DNA of 64,000 nucleotides from an uncultured archaeon (GTDB lineage Archaea > Thermoproteota > Nitrososphaeria > Nitrososphaerales > Gagatemarchaeaceae): positions 512,001 through 576,000 of the forward strand of contig CAWFOU010000007.1 in the NCBI GenBank assembly GCA_963817525.1, given 5' to 3'. Within the stretch, counting starts at the first letter, position 1; each line of letters begins with the position of its first letter. The notes under the pieces are model-generated. The model worked only from the letters and a program-made list of their open reading frames with translations, made no database searches and had not been told where the DNA came from. A program made the position numbers and the translations under genes. Positions 59,449 to 64,000 of this stretch are shown here, piece after piece.

Positions 59449-60123
59449 CTAATTGGACTTTTGAGAATTCGACCACTGTTCACAGATTGAATGAAGAAGA
59501 CTCAGAGCTTCGCTATCGCCTTCGACAGTCTTCCTTATTGTCCGGTAGTTGTTGCCGAACAAGAAAGGCACTTCCAGACACTTGATTCCTTTCATGTCGC
59601 ACCTCTCCTTGAATGCGTTCCGCTGATTCGTTAATCCGTCACGATTAGAACCAGATAAGAGAATCAGTTCGACCCTCTTCATCGCATCGCTGCTCAAGAG
59701 TCGCTCAAAATGAGATTGGAATTCCTCATCAGGGAGACCCGTACGTATTTGCCGTTTCCCAGATCTTGGACTTGGTATCGACCTTGGAGACACATCCGCG
59801 AAAGCGATTGGTGAAGTTCGATATTTCCTGCATTGGTCCTTCAATTCTCTACTCGTCAAAACCTCAATCCCGTTGAGTTCTCCCACCAGTTTGTACGACA
59901 TGTTCCAGAATGAGGAACGTCTTTTCTTTTGGCTTCCGTCAAAGTTGTATCTCCCGACATCCTCACGAACTGGATTGGAGTCGTTCGGTTCTCTTCCCAT
60001 TATCAAAAACAAAGGGAAGGTGCTTTCCCCACTGTTCCCATAGAGCATTAGCAACGGGTGAAAAGTCAAATTTCGAACGGAACCTGGCACGGCACTCGCC
60101 AATGAATAAGCGTTGGTTCGCAT
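59449..60123 (-). CDS. AT-richer hypothetical protein, possibly UDG-like fold
   Basis: LIMGREPN resembles UDG motif A (weak). Confidence 0.55.
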   Translation of the reverse strand: MRTNAYSLASAVPGSVRNLTFHPLLMLYGNSGESTFPLFLIMGREPNDSNPVREDVGRYNFDGSQKKRRSSFWNMSYKLVGELNGIEVLTSRELKDQCRKYRTSPIAFADVSPRSIPSPRSGKRQIRTGLPDEEFQSHFERLLSSDAMKRVELILLSGSNRDGLTNQRNAFKERCDMKGIKCLEVPFLFGNNYRTIRKTVEGDSEALSLLHSICEQWSNSQKSN

Positions 60124-60177
60124 CCAAGGAAGAATTTATCTATAACTATGGCTATGGCCATGGCTGTTCCGGCGACA

Positions 60178-60378
60178 ATGAGCACCACGATTCAAACGAG
60201 CAAGAGGACAGCCCAGCAGCTTCGCGAGATTATGAAGAAGACCGGGGCGAAGACGTACGACGAGATAATCAGGGAGCTGATCAAGGAGAGGGAGTCAAGC
60301 CCAAGCTCGCTCTTTGGGTCGAACCCCCACCTGAAGCCGTTCACCGCAAAGGAAGAGGCAGAGTTCCACGACCTCTGA
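60178..60378 (+). CDS. vapB: VapB-type antitoxin
   Basis: STTIQ.SK.T..L...KTYDEIIRELI. Confidence 0.8.
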   Translation: MSTTIQTSKRTAQQLREIMKKTGAKTYDEIIRELIKERESSPSSLFGSNPHLKPFTAKEEAEFHDL

Positions 60379-60778
60379 ATACGTCATCGACAGCTACGCG
60401 TGGATCGAGTACTTCGCCGGGTCGGCGAAAGGCAAGTCCGCGACAAGATACATCGAGTCCAGCGGCCCGGCCACCCCGACCATCGTCATAGCCGAACTCA
60501 GCCGGAAACTGCTCAGGGAGACCCTTGCAGGCCGCGAGACTGCCGAGGGCAGATCGGAAAGACTCCTGTTCGTAAGGTCATCGACGGTGGTCATGGACCT
60601 GACCGATGGGATAGCGACCGTGGCAGGAGAGATAGACGCCGAGAGGAAGGAGAAGGTGAGGGATTGGGGCCTCGCCGACTCGATCGTGTTGGCCACCGCT
60701 CGGGAGTTGGGTGCTAAGGTCGTGACCGGAGACAAGCACTTCAAGGACCTTGGGGCAGAGGCCGTCTTTCTTGCATGA
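60368..60778 (+). CDS. vapC: PIN toxin lacking a canonical start (ACG at 60368)
   Basis: YVIDSYAWIEY...AEL...LADSIVLATA...VTGDKHF in one open frame. Confidence 0.8.
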   Translation, partial: TTSEYVIDSYAWIEYFAGSAKGKSATRYIESSGPATPTIVIAELSRKLLRETLAGRETAEGRSERLLFVRSSTVVMDLTDGIATVAGEIDAERKEKVRDWGLADSIVLATARELGAKVVTGDKHFKDLGAEAVFLA

Positions 60779-60782
60779 CTAG

Positions 60783-60822
60783 GCCGTGCATAGGGTTCAT
60801 TGCGCCTCCGCCGGGGCATTTC
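60783..60822 (-). repeat. rRNA-trailer copy R2
   Basis: 39/40 identical to native 62141-62180. Confidence 0.97.
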
Positions 60823-60871
60823 GCTTTCAAGAAGGTGGCGCCGGATTTCGCTTCGGCGGGCCGGTGAGTGG

Positions 60872-62056
60872 TCAGACGGGGAGGCAGGTTTGGCCAGCGC
60901 CTATCGTTGTGGCATTGACGTTGCCGAGGATGTTGGAATCTGGAAACGCCAAGAACTGGCCCGAAGATGTGGTCAGGTAGAGCTCGTGGCTGTCGGGATT
61001 GTACGCGACTGACTGAAGATAGGCGTTGGATTGCGACAAGCTCGAATAGGAATACATGTTGACGAGAGCGCCTGACGTCCCGTTGTAGACGAGCAGGTAA
61101 TCGTAGTTTTGTGGGACCATCAGCACCTGGTCGAGCGACGGGATGACGCCCATGTCGATGAAGGGGCCGCACGTCTCCGGATTGACCAGGAAGACTCTGG
61201 CCCCAGTCGTCCCGTTGAGGGCGACCAACTCGGATCCCCCCGAGGCGTACACGATGTTCGTCGGCACATCGTAGGTCATGGTGGAATAGTACGCGGAGCT
61301 CAGCGAGACGGTGGCCACGACTGCGCGGCTTGTCCCGTTCACTATGGAGACCATCGAGTCGCAGGCAAGGCCCTCTTGATGGCATCCTTCGGCGTAGATT
61401 ATGTTGGTCTCGGGATTCAACGCCAAGTTGTAGGGCGGGAATCCCAATGATACGTTCGCGACCACCGAGCCGGTCCGAACGTCCAGGCCGATGAGGCTAC
61501 CGTTAGCGCCAAACTGGCCGAAGAGGCCACCAGAGGTGTATACGGTGTCCGTCGATGGGTTGAACGCCAGCTCTCCGACGGAAGAGTTGAGGTGCAGCTC
61601 TCCGACGAGCACATTCGTGGAGCCGTTCACCTCTGCGATCCCGCCCTCGACTGAGACCAAGACCATTCCCGTGATCGGGTCGACGACGACTCCGGAGCTG
61701 CCAGAGGGCAGGGTGACGTTGGCAACCACGAAGTGCGACGAAGCGTCGATTACAATCAAGGAGGATCCGACTGCGTCGTATACTCTGCCCGCGCTAGGAT
61801 TGACTGCCAAGTAGCCCGGAACGCGACCGACGGTAAGATTCGCGGTTTCGATGGCTGAGACGGAGATCGGCTGCCCAGGCCCAGGCGCAAGGGTGGTTGT
61901 GGAAGTTATGGTCGACGTAATCGTTTCTTGAGCTGTTACGGTTGACGTCGAAGTGATGGTCACTGTCGAGGTCCGGCCGCCGCCCGCGAAGTAGCCCGCG
62001 CCCAAGCTGATTACCATCAAGAGGGCCACAGCGACTCCGAGCGCCTCTTTCCTCAT
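60872..62056 (-). CDS. Secreted YVTN-like beta-propeller (paralog of 53245..54474)
   Basis: MRKEA signal, propeller repeats, shared VNP..CG.F. Confidence 0.8.
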   Translation of the reverse strand: MRKEALGVAVALLMVISLGAGYFAGGGRTSTVTITSTSTVTAQETITSTITSTTTLAPGPGQPISVSAIETANLTVGRVPGYLAVNPSAGRVYDAVGSSLIVIDASSHFVVANVTLPSGSSGVVVDPITGMVLVSVEGGIAEVNGSTNVLVGELHLNSSVGELAFNPSTDTVYTSGGLFGQFGANGSLIGLDVRTGSVVANVSLGFPPYNLALNPETNIIYAEGCHQEGLACDSMVSIVNGTSRAVVATVSLSSAYYSTMTYDVPTNIVYASGGSELVALNGTTGARVFLVNPETCGPFIDMGVIPSLDQVLMVPQNYDYLLVYNGTSGALVNMYSYSSLSQSNAYLQSVAYNPDSHELYLTTSSGQFLAFPDSNILGNVNATTIGAGQTCLPV

Positions 62057-62121
62057 AGTCTCTCTAGGAAATGGTCCGGCCTCAAAACCTCTTTGGAAAA
62101 TTGTTCCAGCCTCCGCTAGCA

Positions 62122-62186
62122 TTGAGAAAATGCGGGCTTCGCCGTACATAGGGTTCATTGCGCCTCCGCCGGGGCATTTCATTCAC
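62122..62186 (-). other. rRNA operon 3' trailer (native R1; probable processing-stem strand and terminator)
   Basis: Directly follows the 23S 3' end; transcript-sense end GCCCGCAUUUUCU. Confidence 0.7.

Positions 62187-64000
<1,814 letters not shown>

Noticed and set aside
49881-62175. CRISPR array reading of the roughly 25-bp repeat
   Set aside because: Spacing is 0.35 to several kb and irregular, copies are degenerate, no cas genes, and the repeat is the rRNA trailer
60872-62182. ORF-track N-terminal extension MKCPGGGAMNP of the YVTN gene
   Set aside because: It is translation of the rRNA trailer; the paralog supports the MRKEA start at 62056

Overview
GC-rich archaeal chromosome segment. 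The TBP sequence and the archaeal 23S rRNA with no linked 5S point to Nitrososphaerota/Thaumarchaeota, probably a non-ammonia-oxidising heterotrophic lineage (inference). The right end holds the 3' part of a minus-strand 23S rRNA gene interrupted by a 603-nt ORF-less group I intron at the E. coli L2500-equivalent site. The main discovery is that the 23S 3' end/trailer (core GGGTTCATTGCGCCTCCGCCGGGGC, 62151-62175) recurs as about 15 degenerate, same-orientation copies over about 38 kb downstream of the rRNA gene (to about 24.0 kb). The copies sit almost always at gene boundaries and, nearest the operon, delimit 1-3-gene accessory units (toxin-antitoxin pairs, MFS transporters, secreted proteins, DHFR-like), many with clipped gene fragments at the junctions. 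One copy is a true 23S fragment with a compensatory base-pair change, suggesting a foreign or ancestral functional rRNA allele. This looks like an rDNA-anchored gene-capture array; no integrase is visible in the window. Also present: a defence island (DpnI-like, SRA-HNH-like, decayed DNA methyltransferase), a 3.9-kb PQQ-dehydrogenase/regulator module between perfect 33-bp direct repeats, and ordinary metabolic/regulatory genes in the left 19 kb. All product calls come from motif recognition by eye, not database searches.
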